DNA from: Patescibacteria group bacterium
GTDB lineage: Bacteria; Acidobacteriota; Aminicenantia; UBA2199
Length of the DNA: 64,000 nt
Direction of reading: 5' to 3'
NCBI GenBank assembly: GCA_035528155.1
Contig: DATKZA010000001.1
Span: 3,444 to 67,443, forward strand
In this document: positions 35,319 through 45,969 of the stretch, in pieces
Numbering within the stretch: position 1 is the first letter of the stretch
Layout of the letters: each line of letters starts with the position of its first letter
Made by a program: the position numbers and the translations under genes
The notes under the pieces: model-generated
What the model was told of the DNA's origin: nothing
The model's input: only the letters and a program-made list of their open reading frames with translations
Database searches by the model: none

Positions 35319-35968
35319 AAGCCTGTAAAAAAGTAGTTCTGTTGATTTTTTCCATTGTTTGGATGATGGCAATCGCCGGAAAGGATTCAGCCAATTATGG
35401 AGAGAGCTGGGAGAAGAGAGCCAACGATCGGCAGCCGCCAGAACAGGTTATGAGTGCCATCGGCCTCAAACCGGGAATGGTCATTGGTGAAGTCGGTGCC
35501 GGCCGCGGGCGCTACACGGTCCATTTGGCTCGCCGGGTCGGCGAAAAAGGCAAGGTCTTCGCAAACGACATCGATGCCGGCGCCCTGGCTTATTTGGATG
35601 AACGCCTCAAGCGGAATCATATCGACAATGTGGAAACGATTCTTGGCCGGGAAGACGATCCGCTTTTTCCGAAAGGTTCCCTGGACATGGTCATCATGGT
35701 CTGGGTTTTTCATCATTTGGACCAGCCGGTCGCTTTGCTGAAAAATCTCATCCCCAGTCTGAAACCTGGAGCTCCGGTCGTTATTCTCGATCCCGATCCG
35801 GAACGAGAAGGCGAGCTGGATTCAAAACGGCCGTCAAGCAGAAAAAGTCTGGAAAAAGAAGCCCGCGCCGCCGGATTCAAACTTGTCCGCGTGGAAACAT
35901 TCCTGCCTCGGGATCTCATTTTCATTCTGAGCTTGCCGGCAGCCGGGAATTTCCAAGATTGGCGCTGA
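35315..35968 (+). CDS. class I SAM-dependent methyltransferase-fold protein with N-terminal signal/anchor (paralog 2)
   Basis: VGEVGAGRGRYTVHLA, FANDID; start overlaps permease stop (ATGA). Confidence 0.65.
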   Translation: MKACKKVVLLIFSIVWMMAIAGKDSANYGESWEKRANDRQPPEQVMSAIGLKPGMVIGEVGAGRGRYTVHLARRVGEKGKVFANDIDAGALAYLDERLKRNHIDNVETILGREDDPLFPKGSLDMVIMVWVFHHLDQPVALLKNLIPSLKPGAPVVILDPDPEREGELDSKRPSSRKSLEKEARAAGFKLVRVETFLPRDLIFILSLPAAGNFQDWR

Positions 35969-36040
35969 GAAAAATATTGCAAAAATTAAACTGCGAATCC
36001 ATGAATTCAAGACAAAAAATACCGCACGGTTCACGCCCGC

Positions 36041-37261
36041 TTATTTTTTCTTGATCGGGTTCAACCTCTGAAAAGTAGGGATGTCCAGCGGATCATCAAA
36101 GTTGTCCGGCCCGTGGGTCATGTTGGGCATATTGCTGTCATTGACGTAATTGCGCAGGTCGGCCCCGCCGCTGCCCGCCCGGTTTGAACCGAGAAACAGC
36201 TGCCCCGGAGTGGGCTGGCGGAAAGCCGGTTCAATGGGAACGAAATTGGCCGGAGGGGTCTTGACCCGCCCCTGCGCATCGGAGCGGCTTTCCTTGAAGC
36301 CGGTGGCGATCACGGTCACGCGCAGGGTGTCGCCGGCGTTATCGTCTTCGATCACGCCGAATTTGATGGTGGCGTCGGCGTCGGCATTCTTGGTGATCAG
36401 TTCGGATATTTTTTCGATCTCGCCCATGGTGAGCGTGGAAGAAGCGGTGATGTTGTAGAGGACGCCGGTGGCACCATTGATAGCCAGGTTGTCCAGCAGC
36501 GGTGAATTCAAGGCCCGGTTGGCGGCCTCTTCGGCCCGGTTATCGCCCTTGGCCTCGCCGCTGCCCATCAGGGTGATGCCCTTGCCGACCATGGTGGCCT
36601 TGACATCGGCGAAATCGACGTTCTGGACGCCGGTTGAGGAAATGATATCGGAAATGCCGCGCACGGCCTGCAGCAAGACTTCATCCGCTTTCTTGTAGGC
36701 GTTCTTGTAAGTGATGTTTGGGTCACCCAGCTCCAGCAGTTTCTGGTTGGGGATAACAATGATGGCATCCACATTCTCCTTCAGCTTGCGAATCCCGTCC
36801 TCGGCCACGCGCATCCTTTTTTCCTTTTCAAAATGAAAGGGCTTGCTGACCACGGCCACGGTCAAAATGCCCATGGTGGACGCATGGTTGGCGATGACAT
36901 GCGAAGCGCCGGTGCCGGTGCCGCCGCCCATGCCGGCGGTGATGAATACCATGTGGGCGCCCTCCAGGACCTCGATGATCTGGCCGGTATCGTCCAGGGC
37001 CGCCTGTTCCCCGATATCGGGATTGGATCCCGCTCCCAGCCCCTTGGTGATTTTATCGCCGATCTGCAGCTTCAAAGCCGGCGGCGTGATGGTCGACAAA
37101 ACCTGCATGTCGGTGTTCACGGCCACGAACTCCACTCCCTTCAGATCTTCTTCGATCATGCGGTTGATCGCGTTGCCTCCGGCTCCGCCTACGCCGATAA
37201 CCTTCAGCACCGCTCTCCGCTTTTTTTCGCGGCCATACAGGATTTTGATGTCATCGTCCAT
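36041..37261 (-). CDS. ftsZ: cell division GTPase FtsZ
   Basis: GGGTGTGAS tubulin signature, VIGVGGAGGNAIN. Confidence 0.95.
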   Translation of the reverse strand: MDDDIKILYGREKKRRAVLKVIGVGGAGGNAINRMIEEDLKGVEFVAVNTDMQVLSTITPPALKLQIGDKITKGLGAGSNPDIGEQAALDDTGQIIEVLEGAHMVFITAGMGGGTGTGASHVIANHASTMGILTVAVVSKPFHFEKEKRMRVAEDGIRKLKENVDAIIVIPNQKLLELGDPNITYKNAYKKADEVLLQAVRGISDIISSTGVQNVDFADVKATMVGKGITLMGSGEAKGDNRAEEAANRALNSPLLDNLAINGATGVLYNITASSTLTMGEIEKISELITKNADADATIKFGVIEDDNAGDTLRVTVIATGFKESRSDAQGRVKTPPANFVPIEPAFRQPTPGQLFLGSNRAGSGGADLRNYVNDSNMPNMTHGPDNFDDPLDIPTFQRLNPIKKK

Positions 37262-37270
37262 TGTAGCCTC

Positions 37271-38491
37271 CTATACTCCAAAATAATCTTTGAATTTTTG
37301 CATGAGATTTTTCGGCTTGTTGCGAATGAAGCCCTTGTCCTTCATGTCAGCGAAACCATACTTGATCAAGCCCACGGCCGTGGCGAAATCCGGAGTATTG
37401 ACCTTGTCGATCAAACCGCCGACGCCGTAGGGGGAACCGATGCGCACCGGGATCGAGAAAATTCCGTCGGCCACATCCAGGATACCGTCCAAAAGGGCGG
37501 TGCCGCCGCTGATCACCACACCAGCGTTGATCGAATTCTGCAGGCCTTCTTTTTCGATCTCCATCTTGACCATCTCGAATATCTCATAGGCCCGCGGCTT
37601 TAGGATGTTCATCAGGATGGAGGTGGAGATCTGCCGCGGCTTCTTGCCGCTGACCGAAGGAACTTCGATGGTTTCATCCTTCAGGTTGGGATCCATGGCG
37701 CAGCCGTAGCGGCGCTTGATCTTTTCGGCGCGGTCGATGGCGGTGCGGATGCCGATCGACAGGTCATTGGTGAAGTTGTCGCCGCCATAGGGGATGGTCC
37801 CCGAATAATTGATTGCCCCCTTTTCAAAAACGGCGATATCGGTGGTGCCGCCGCCAATATCGATGGAAAGCACCCCGAGTTCCTTTTCATCGGGAGTCAG
37901 AACCGCTTCGGCCGAGGCGATATGCGAAAGCACCGTGCCCAGGACATTGACCTTGGCCTTTTTCAGGCACAACAGCAGGTTCTTGGTGGCCGTGAGCGAT
38001 CCGGTGATGATGTGGATATAGACATCGAGATTGGTGCCGACCATGCCCACCGGGTTCTTGATCCCGTCCTGGGAATCCACGATGTATTCCTGGGGCAGCA
38101 CATGCAGCACCGAGCGGTCGGCCGGCAGCATGATGGCGCTGGCGTGGGTGATGGCCCGTTCCAGGTCTTCGCGGGTGATCTCCTTGCTGCGCCCGGTAAT
38201 GTTGATGCTGCCCTTGGCGTTGATGCTCTGAATGTGCTTGCCGGAAATATTGACGTAAGCCGATTCGATCATTACCCCGGCCGTCAATTCCGCGTCCTTG
38301 ATCGATTTCTTGATGTCCTCAACCGTAGCCTCCATGTTGACGATGGCCCCTTTGCGCAGGCCGCGGGATTCGACAACCCCGTAGCCGATGATCTCCACGT
38401 CCTCCTTGTCCCCGTCCGATTTGATCTGCGCGATCAGCGTGCAGATCTTCTTGGTGCCGATATCGATACCGACCAGATAGTTGTTCTTCAT
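37271..38491 (-). CDS. ftsA: cell division protein FtsA
   Basis: Actin-like ATPase motifs VGIDIGT, DIGGGTTD. Confidence 0.9.
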   Translation of the reverse strand: MKNNYLVGIDIGTKKICTLIAQIKSDGDKEDVEIIGYGVVESRGLRKGAIVNMEATVEDIKKSIKDAELTAGVMIESAYVNISGKHIQSINAKGSINITGRSKEITREDLERAITHASAIMLPADRSVLHVLPQEYIVDSQDGIKNPVGMVGTNLDVYIHIITGSLTATKNLLLCLKKAKVNVLGTVLSHIASAEAVLTPDEKELGVLSIDIGGGTTDIAVFEKGAINYSGTIPYGGDNFTNDLSIGIRTAIDRAEKIKRRYGCAMDPNLKDETIEVPSVSGKKPRQISTSILMNILKPRAYEIFEMVKMEIEKEGLQNSINAGVVISGGTALLDGILDVADGIFSIPVRIGSPYGVGGLIDKVNTPDFATAVGLIKYGFADMKDKGFIRNKPKNLMQKFKDYFGV

Positions 38492-39288
38492 GAATTCCCC
38501 CGTTGTTCATCCAGATATTCGAAATAGATCCGTCCGGTGATGCGCAGATCCACGCTGCGGATGGCGGCAACGTTCAGCGGCAAGCGTCTTTTAATCTTGA
38601 AATAGCGGTTGATCTTCCTGGTGAAATTGTTTTCCCCGGGATAGAAAATTTCGGACGCATCACGCAATTTCACTTCCATGCCGTAGGGTTCGTTGTAGGC
38701 CACATATTCGATCTTGTCCCGCAGCGGCTGCAATTCGCGCGAAAAAACGGCTATCGCGCTTACAGCCGCAATGCCGCCGCGCACAGGGATAAGGCCGTCG
38801 GGAATTTGCCGCTGTACGCTCAAATCCACACCATCTGCATCCAGCAGCCGGTACATGCCGTTCGCATAATGCTGATAAAAAGGCCGGCGCAGGCGGAAAG
38901 CGATCTCCACCGTGTCGGGCAGGATGCGACGGATGGAGGCATTCTCTATTTCCGGGACTTGCAGCAGCTGGGCATGCAGTTCCTCGAGATCCAGGGCCAG
39001 GATGTTGCCGCCGAAACGTCGCAATATCCCGGCGATCCGTTCCTTGGCAAAAACCGGCTGGTTGCGCAGGCGAAAGGAATGCACCTGCAAGGCATCGCAG
39101 GTGAGCAGGAAGTTCGCAGCCTTATAAACCGTCAAAGCGACCAGCAGCGTCATGGTCAGCAACAAAAGGACATGAATCGTCCGCACCTGGATGAAATGTA
39201 TTTTCTTTTCGCGCGCTACTGTCAGGTTGTTGTTTTTGCGGAAAAATTCGGCTTCGAATTTCAGGGAGCCGCCCATGCTGCTTTTCAT
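38488..39288 (-). CDS. ftsQ: cell division protein FtsQ (POTRA domain)
   Basis: Single TM then POTRA-like region; position between murC and ftsA. Confidence 0.75.
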   Translation of the reverse strand: MKSSMGGSLKFEAEFFRKNNNLTVAREKKIHFIQVRTIHVLLLLTMTLLVALTVYKAANFLLTCDALQVHSFRLRNQPVFAKERIAGILRRFGGNILALDLEELHAQLLQVPEIENASIRRILPDTVEIAFRLRRPFYQHYANGMYRLLDADGVDLSVQRQIPDGLIPVRGGIAAVSAIAVFSRELQPLRDKIEYVAYNEPYGMEVKLRDASEIFYPGENNFTRKINRYFKIKRRLPLNVAAIRSVDLRITGRIYFEYLDEQRGNS

Positions 39289-40670
39289 TTCTTCAAAGCC
39301 TCCATTTCCGCGGCAAAGTCGTGAGCCAGCCGGGTGAGGTTACCGGCCGAAAGAAAAGCCACGCCGTCACCGTCCTGCAGCCGGCCCTTCAGAAATTCAC
39401 CGATCTGGGCGAATGTCTCCAGATAATAAACATTTTCCTGGCCGCTTTTCCTGATATTTTCGACCAGGGCCTGGCTGCTCACACCGGCAATCTCATTCTG
39501 ATTGGCAGAGTAAAGCTTGGCAATGACCAGCAAGTCCGCTCTTCTGAAAGCCTTGGTGAATTGTTTCATCAGAATGTGCAGGCGGGTGAAGCGATGCGGC
39601 TGGAACACGACGATCACCCGGCGGCAGCGGCTGCTGCGCATGGTTTGCAGGGTGGCCCTGATCTCACCGGGATGGTGGGCGTAATCGTCAATGACCAGGA
39701 GCGTCGGACTGGAATACAACAACTGGAAACGGCGTTCGGGCAGGGAGAATTTCTCGAGGCTGGCCTTGATAATTTCCATGTCGATGCCCACTTCCAGAGC
39801 GGCGCCGATGGCCGCCAGTGAATTGGCCACATTGTGCCGGCCGCCGACGTTCAAATGCACGGTTCCCCGGCTGCGCCCATGCGAGAGCAGTTCGTAGCTG
39901 GAAGAGAAGCCGGCCGCCTTGACTTTCACCGCCCGCAGGTCGGCCTGCGGCGTAAAGCCGTAGGTGACGATCTTCTTGCGGATCAGGGGCATGATCTTTT
40001 TAATATTGGGGCAGTCACCGTTCAGTACCAGGGCTCCGTAAAAGGGGACCTTGTCGGCAAATTGACGAAAGGCCTGAACAAGGTTTTTCATCCGTCTATA
40101 GAATTCCAGATGGTCATTCTCAATATTGGTCACCACGGCGATAGTGGGAAAGAGTTTCAGAAAACTGCCGTCCGATTCGTCGGCTTCGGCGACCAGGTAG
40201 CGTGAAGAGCCCAGTTTGGAACTGCTGCCTTCCACTTTCAGCCTGCCGCCGACCACATAAGTCGGATCGAGACCGGCCTGGGTCAGGATGGCGGCAATCA
40301 TGGATGTGGTCGTGGTTTTGCCGTGCGTGCCGGCCACGGCCAGGGAAAATTTCATGCGCATCAGCTCGGCCAGCATTTCCGCCCGCGGGATCACCGGCAG
40401 CTTGTTTTTCAGTGCCTCGAGAACTTCAACGTTATCCTCGGTTATGGCGCTGGAATAGACCAGGGCTTCCGCGCCACTGACGTTCCCGGGAGCATGACCG
40501 ATGGCGACGCGGATGCCTTGCGCCTGCAGGCGGCGCACCGTGTCATTTTCGGAAATATCGGAGCCGCTGATCTGAAAACCCATGTTGTGCAGCACTTCAG
40601 CGATTCCCGACATGCCCGAGCCGCCGATGCCGGTAAAATGGATTTTCTTGATCCGGCTTGTTTCAATCAT
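39285..40670 (-). CDS. murC: UDP-N-acetylmuramate--L-alanine ligase
   Basis: IHFTGIGGSGMSGIA, GTHGKTTTTSM; start taken at Met-12 of listed ORF to end at ftsW stop. Confidence 0.9.
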   Translation of the reverse strand: MIETSRIKKIHFTGIGGSGMSGIAEVLHNMGFQISGSDISENDTVRRLQAQGIRVAIGHAPGNVSGAEALVYSSAITEDNVEVLEALKNKLPVIPRAEMLAELMRMKFSLAVAGTHGKTTTTSMIAAILTQAGLDPTYVVGGRLKVEGSSSKLGSSRYLVAEADESDGSFLKLFPTIAVVTNIENDHLEFYRRMKNLVQAFRQFADKVPFYGALVLNGDCPNIKKIMPLIRKKIVTYGFTPQADLRAVKVKAAGFSSSYELLSHGRSRGTVHLNVGGRHNVANSLAAIGAALEVGIDMEIIKASLEKFSLPERRFQLLYSSPTLLVIDDYAHHPGEIRATLQTMRSSRCRRVIVVFQPHRFTRLHILMKQFTKAFRRADLLVIAKLYSANQNEIAGVSSQALVENIRKSGQENVYYLETFAQIGEFLKGRLQDGDGVAFLSAGNLTRLAHDFAAEMEALKK

Positions 40671-41769
40671 TGACGAACACCACTTTGCGCTGCCGCGACA
40701 CATTGAGAATGATGCCGGTGATCATCAGGCTGCTCAGCAGGGAGGTACCCCCCGAGGAAATGAACGGCAAGGGAATACCCTTGGTGGGGAAAAGGCCGAC
40801 AGCAACCGAAATGTTGATCATGGACTGAAAAACAATGAGAAATACCAGGCCGGTCACCAGCAGGTAGGCATGGGGAGTGTCCGACTGCCTGGCAATGACC
40901 ATGCCGCGCAGGTAATAGAGCACGAACAAAGCGATAACCGCCAGCGCCCCTAAAAAACCCATCTCCTCGGCGATGATGGCAAAGATAAAATCCGAATAAG
41001 CGTAGGGCAGGTAGAACAGTTTCTGAGTGGAATTGCCGATTCCCTGGCCAAAAAGTCCTCCCGAACCAATGGCGTATGTCGACTGCATGGCTTGAAATCC
41101 ATGCGTGGCGGCATAACTTTCCGGATTTAAAAAACTCTTGAAGCGCTCCTGGCGCATGGGGCTGCTCTGGACCAGCAGCGCCAGCAGCAGGATCAGCAAC
41201 GCGAAGAAAATCGCGAAATATTTCCAGCGCAAGCCGGCCAGGAACAGCATCACCAAAGTGATGACGCCGATGAGCACAAAATTACCGAAATCCGGCTCTT
41301 TGAGGATCAACCCTTCCATGAAGATCACCGGCAACAGGATCAGACCCAATTGCCTGATATTGTTGACGTCGCTCTCTTTGCGGCTCAGCATCATGGCCAG
41401 GTAGAGCACCAGGGCGATCTTGGCGAATTCAGACGGTTGGATCGACATGCCGCCGAAACGGATCCAGCGGCTGGTATTGTTGATCTTTTGAAAAAAGAAA
41501 ACCAGTGACAGGCCGGTAAAGGCCAGAGCCATAATGGCCATGATCAGTCGCTGGTTCAAATAAAATGGCGTTTTGAACAGGATCAAGAATACAAAAACCA
41601 GCAGTCCCAAAAGCAGAAAAACCAGTTGTTTGTTGAAGAAATGGAAACTGTCGCCGAACTTTTCCCGGGCGATGACCGGAGTGGTGCTGAATATCATCAG
41701 AAAGCCGATGGCGATCAACAGCAGGGAAACGGCCAGCAAAGTTCTGTCGATGCCGCTGGCTTTAACCAT
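40663..41769 (-). CDS. ftsW: SEDS-family peptidoglycan glycosyltransferase FtsW
   Basis: FGGMSIQPSEFAKIALVLYLA, GLFPTKGIPLPFISSGGTS; start at ATG 41769 (MVKASGIDRT) just upstream of murD stop. Confidence 0.9.
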   Translation of the reverse strand: MVKASGIDRTLLAVSLLLIAIGFLMIFSTTPVIAREKFGDSFHFFNKQLVFLLLGLLVFVFLILFKTPFYLNQRLIMAIMALAFTGLSLVFFFQKINNTSRWIRFGGMSIQPSEFAKIALVLYLAMMLSRKESDVNNIRQLGLILLPVIFMEGLILKEPDFGNFVLIGVITLVMLFLAGLRWKYFAIFFALLILLLALLVQSSPMRQERFKSFLNPESYAATHGFQAMQSTYAIGSGGLFGQGIGNSTQKLFYLPYAYSDFIFAIIAEEMGFLGALAVIALFVLYYLRGMVIARQSDTPHAYLLVTGLVFLIVFQSMINISVAVGLFPTKGIPLPFISSGGTSLLSSLMITGIILNVSRQRKVVFVND

Positions 41770-43132
41770 TTTTCCCTGCCTGCAGCTGCAGCCGCAGCAC
41801 TTCCTGTTTGAAGACATCACCGCGGTGCTCAAAATTGTTGAACATGTCGAAACTGGCGCAGGCCGGGGCCAGCAGCACCACACCACCGCTAGGCGCCAGC
41901 AACCCGTACCCTTTTGCCACTGCCTCTTCCAGGTCGCCTACATCGACCAGCAGCCCACCCAGGCCGGACAGTTGCGCGCGAAGCAAGGGAGCCGCCTGGC
42001 CGAGCAGCAGGACCTGGCGTGCCCTTTCGCGCAGCGGCTGCTCGAGTACGGAGAAATCGGAGCCCTTGTCTTTTCCGCCCAAAATGATGACCAGGTTGCC
42101 AGCGATGCTGTTGATGGATTTAAGCGCCGCATCCACGTTGGTGGCTTTTGAATCGTTGATGAACTCTACCTGGCCGACTTTTCCGACCTCTTCCATGCGG
42201 TGCGGCAAACCCCGGAAGCCGGCCAAGCCGGCTTCGATCTCGGCGGCAGTCAAGCCGACTTCCCGGCAGGCCAGGGCCGCGGCCATGATGTTTTCCAAAT
42301 TATGTATGCCGCGCAGGGGATTGTCGCGCAGGGATATCGTCTCTTCGCCTTTCCCCACGTTCAGGATCAGGTCATGGCTCTTGATAAACGCCCCACGGGC
42401 CTGGGCGCGGCTGGAGGAAAACCAATACGCTTTTCCCCGGCCCATTTTGCCGCAATCACGCAGCAAGGGGTCATCGGCATTCAGCACCATACAATCACTG
42501 CCCTTTTGATTTTTAAGCAATCTGAATTTGGCGGCCATGTAGTCAATCATGGCCGGATAACGGTCCAGATGATCGGGGGTGATGTTGAGCAGCACGGCCA
42601 CGCTGGGCCTGAAGCGGACCGTTTCTTCGAGTTGAAAGCTTGACAGTTCCAGCACCACCAGGGAATCATCGGCGATGGTGACGACCTCGGCGACAAAAGG
42701 CTTGCCAATATTGCCGGCCAGATGGCTTTTGCGGCCTGCGGCCAGCAGCAGGTGCTGGATCAGGCTGACCGTTGTGGACTTGCCATTGCTGCCGCTGACG
42801 GCGATGATGCGGGCCTTGACCTGGCGGAACGCGTATTCGATCTCCGAGATCACTTCGGCACCGCCACGACGCAAAACATCGAAACGGGGATTGCGGCCGT
42901 CAAAACCCGGGCTCATAATAATCAGCCGGCAGTGAGCAAGTTCGGCGAATTGACCGGCCTCGGTCAGGAAGCGCACCCCACGCCGTTTAAAATGCTCCTG
43001 GCGGTCTTTGTCTGTGATTTCGCCGTCATTGAACAGGATCAGTGACCGATGCGGTTCTTTGGCCAACAGGAATTCCAGCACGGCCTGCCCCGTTTTTCCG
43101 AAACCAAGCACCGCTACCGGTTTCTTATTCAT
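41762..43132 (-). CDS. murD: UDP-N-acetylmuramoylalanine--D-glutamate ligase
   Basis: VLGFGKTGQAV N-terminal Rossmann motif, GSNGKSTT P-loop. Confidence 0.9.
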   Translation of the reverse strand: MNKKPVAVLGFGKTGQAVLEFLLAKEPHRSLILFNDGEITDKDRQEHFKRRGVRFLTEAGQFAELAHCRLIIMSPGFDGRNPRFDVLRRGGAEVISEIEYAFRQVKARIIAVSGSNGKSTTVSLIQHLLLAAGRKSHLAGNIGKPFVAEVVTIADDSLVVLELSSFQLEETVRFRPSVAVLLNITPDHLDRYPAMIDYMAAKFRLLKNQKGSDCMVLNADDPLLRDCGKMGRGKAYWFSSSRAQARGAFIKSHDLILNVGKGEETISLRDNPLRGIHNLENIMAAALACREVGLTAAEIEAGLAGFRGLPHRMEEVGKVGQVEFINDSKATNVDAALKSINSIAGNLVIILGGKDKGSDFSVLEQPLRERARQVLLLGQAAPLLRAQLSGLGGLLVDVGDLEEAVAKGYGLLAPSGGVVLLAPACASFDMFNNFEHRGDVFKQEVLRLQLQAGKNG

Positions 43133-44516
43133 GGGCGAACTCCGCGATGGCCTTTTCCAGGGCCATGCCCCGGGAGCCTTTGAACAAAATCACAGCATCC
43201 GCTTGGCGAGCGAATGCATCGCGCAAATAGTTGCCGGCCTCTGCCGCTGCGGCGAAGCATTTGATCCGGGCGGCCGGATATCCGGCCCTTTGGGCCCCGA
43301 CAGCGATTGCTTCGGCCCGCCGGCCCACGGTCAGCAGCAGGTCAAAATGCAGCCCGGAAAAATAACGGCCTATCTCACGGTGAAAATCGAGCTCCTTTTC
43401 GCCAAGTTCCAGCATATCGCCCAGGACAGCCGTTTTTTTCTGCTTGTATTCCCGGTTTACCCAATGCAGGGTCCTTTTGAGGGCTTCCGGGTTGGAATTA
43501 TAGGTTTCGTCGATGACCGTGAACCTGCCAAGGCGGCGGATCTGGCCACGGCCGGACAACGGCTGCAATCGGGACACGGCTTCCTGGATCTCGAAATTCT
43601 TCATCCCCAAACGCTGGGCCACCAGGATGGCAGCAAAGAGATTTTCGGCATGGAGGCGGCTCACCAGGGGCGCCACAAATTCTTCCGCGATGCCGAAAAA
43701 ATCTATGCGCAGGCGGCTGCAGCCGTTTTCCCGACTCACTTTTTTCAGCAAGATCTGATTGCTGCCGGCCCGGCTGCCGAAAAAAATCCGCAGGCCTTTG
43801 CCGCCGGAAGCGGCCCGGTGCAACAGCGGCGCATCACCGTTGACAAAGGCGCAGCTGTCGGCAGCCAGGTGGTTGAGGATCTCGCATTTGGCTCGGGCGG
43901 CATTGGCCAGAGATTTAAGAAACTCCAGGTGCACGGGAAAGACATTGAGCAGCACGGCGACATCGGGTTTCAATATAGCGGCCAGCCGGTCGATCTCTCC
44001 GATCCCCGGATCGCTCATGGCCAGTTCGAAGACGGCCGCTTGTTCGCGGCCGCTCATCTGTAAAAGCGAAAAAGGCAGGCCGATCCAATTGTTCCAGTTT
44101 TGCGGCGACCGGAAGCAGCGATATTTTTGGGACAGGATTTGAAAAATGAATTCCTTGGTCGTGGTCTTGCCGGCGCTACCGGTGATGCCGATGTATTTGA
44201 GAGAACGGTATTTTTGCCTGACATGGGCGGCCAGTTTCTGCGCCGCCTGCAGCGGATCGTCCACGCGGATCAGCGGCAGGTTCAATTTCCCGGCACTGAA
44301 ATCTTTTCTGACTACGGCCCCGGCGCCGGGAATGGCAGCCAGATCCTTGACGTGATCGTGTCCGTCGGCTTTGGGAGTGCGCATGGCAAAAAACAGCGCA
44401 TTGGCCCTCATGGCCCGGGTGTCGAACTGAAAAGCCTTAAATGAGCGCACCCGGGAGGCCCGGCTCACGGTGCCGGAAACCGCGGCGGCGATCTCAGCTA
44501 TATCCAGTTCAGGCAT
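43125..44516 (-). CDS. murF: UDP-N-acetylmuramoyl-tripeptide--D-alanyl-D-alanine ligase
   Basis: ITGSAGKTTTKE P-loop, Mur ligase C-terminal domain; start at Met-28 of listed ORF (MPELDIAEI). Confidence 0.85.
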   Translation of the reverse strand: MPELDIAEIAAAVSGTVSRASRVRSFKAFQFDTRAMRANALFFAMRTPKADGHDHVKDLAAIPGAGAVVRKDFSAGKLNLPLIRVDDPLQAAQKLAAHVRQKYRSLKYIGITGSAGKTTTKEFIFQILSQKYRCFRSPQNWNNWIGLPFSLLQMSGREQAAVFELAMSDPGIGEIDRLAAILKPDVAVLLNVFPVHLEFLKSLANAARAKCEILNHLAADSCAFVNGDAPLLHRAASGGKGLRIFFGSRAGSNQILLKKVSRENGCSRLRIDFFGIAEEFVAPLVSRLHAENLFAAILVAQRLGMKNFEIQEAVSRLQPLSGRGQIRRLGRFTVIDETYNSNPEALKRTLHWVNREYKQKKTAVLGDMLELGEKELDFHREIGRYFSGLHFDLLLTVGRRAEAIAVGAQRAGYPAARIKCFAAAAEAGNYLRDAFARQADAVILFKGSRGMALEKAIAEFAHE

Positions 44517-45969
44517 GGCTTGATCCCATTTTTTTCCGCACCACTTCAAAATCATCAAAATGAACGGTGCGGTCCCTGAATATCTGGTAGTCCTCATGCC
44601 CTTTGCCGGCGATCAGGACCACGTCTCCCTTTGCGGCCACATCCAAGGCTTTTTCAATGGCCGTCCGGCGGTCGGGCTCCGTGCTGAAACTGGTGAAGCC
44701 GGCGGTGAAGCCGGATACGATATCCGCGATGATGGCCCGGGGGTCCTCCTGGCGGGGATTGTCGCTGGTCACCACAACCCAATCGGCGTAGCGGCAAGCC
44801 ACCTGCGCCATGCGCGGCCTTTTCGTCTTGTCCCGGGAGCCGCCCGCCCCGAAAACCAGGATCAGCCGGCCCCGGGTGATCTCGCGGAACGCTTTGAGCA
44901 GGTTTTCCAAGGCGTCATCGGTATGGGCATAATCCACCACCACCAAAAAATCTCCGGCATGGGCGATGTTGACCCTGCCCTTGACCGGGGCGAATGCTGC
45001 CAGGGTGGTACTGATCTTTTCCGCGGCCACGCCCTTGACCAGGGCCGAACTCACCGCCGCCAGGATATTGAGCAGGTTGAAGCGTCCCAACAGCCGGCTC
45101 TGGACATCGATCTTGCCGCGCGGTGTCTGCAGCACAGCCTTGACACCCTCCAGGGAAAATGCGTATTTCAGCGGCCGAATATCAGCCTGTTCGGAAAAAC
45201 CGAAAGTGATATAGCGGCAGTTTAACTCGCGGATGATGCGCGCACCGCTGGCATCGTCAGCATTGATGATCGCCCAGTGGTCACTGCTAAGTTTTTTAAA
45301 TAGAGAAAGCTTGGCTTCAAAATAGTTTTCCAAGGTCTGATGAAAATCGAGGTGATCGCCGGAAAATGAAGTGAAAACCGCCTGAGCGAAGGAAATATCA
45401 TCCACTCGTCCCAGGCTGAGTGCGGCCGAGGAAACCTCCATGACCAGATTTACGCAACCGGCCTTGACTGCCGCGGCCATGAAAGCGAAAAGTTCCGGCG
45501 CTTCGGGAGTGGTTAATTTTGTCCCTTGGTCGAAACCGGGAAAACTCATGCCCAGTGTGCCGCTGGCCGCGGTCTTGGCTTCGCTGTTGAGCAGGGCCTG
45601 GATCAATCCCATGGTTGTCGTTTTGCCGTTGGTGCCGGTGACCCCGATCGCCTGCAATTGCCGGGAGGGATCGTCAAAAAAACGATTGGCCATCGCGCTC
45701 AGAGCCCGGCGGTCATTTTTTACCTGCACCCATGTGACCTGGCGGTGATTCTGAGGAGGCGGGTGAACCGAGACGACGGCGCCGGCGCCGTTGCCGATGG
45801 CTTCGGAAACATAAGCGATGCCGTCTTTAACGAAGCCCTTGATGGAGACATAGCAATTGTTTTTCTTGATTTTCCGTGAATCGAATTCAATGCCGCTGAC
45901 GGGTACATGGAGATCGCCGCGCCAGGCCAGGGATTCCTGTTTGCCAAGCAAGTCATCCAGGTATTTCAT
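44509..45969 (-). CDS. murE: UDP-N-acetylmuramoyl-L-alanyl-D-glutamate--2,6-diaminopimelate ligase
   Basis: GVTGTNGKTTT, DNPR motif (meso-DAP type). Confidence 0.9.
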   Translation of the reverse strand: MKYLDDLLGKQESLAWRGDLHVPVSGIEFDSRKIKKNNCYVSIKGFVKDGIAYVSEAIGNGAGAVVSVHPPPQNHRQVTWVQVKNDRRALSAMANRFFDDPSRQLQAIGVTGTNGKTTTMGLIQALLNSEAKTAASGTLGMSFPGFDQGTKLTTPEAPELFAFMAAAVKAGCVNLVMEVSSAALSLGRVDDISFAQAVFTSFSGDHLDFHQTLENYFEAKLSLFKKLSSDHWAIINADDASGARIIRELNCRYITFGFSEQADIRPLKYAFSLEGVKAVLQTPRGKIDVQSRLLGRFNLLNILAAVSSALVKGVAAEKISTTLAAFAPVKGRVNIAHAGDFLVVVDYAHTDDALENLLKAFREITRGRLILVFGAGGSRDKTKRPRMAQVACRYADWVVVTSDNPRQEDPRAIIADIVSGFTAGFTSFSTEPDRRTAIEKALDVAAKGDVVLIAGKGHEDYQIFRDRTVHFDDFEVVRKKMGSSHA

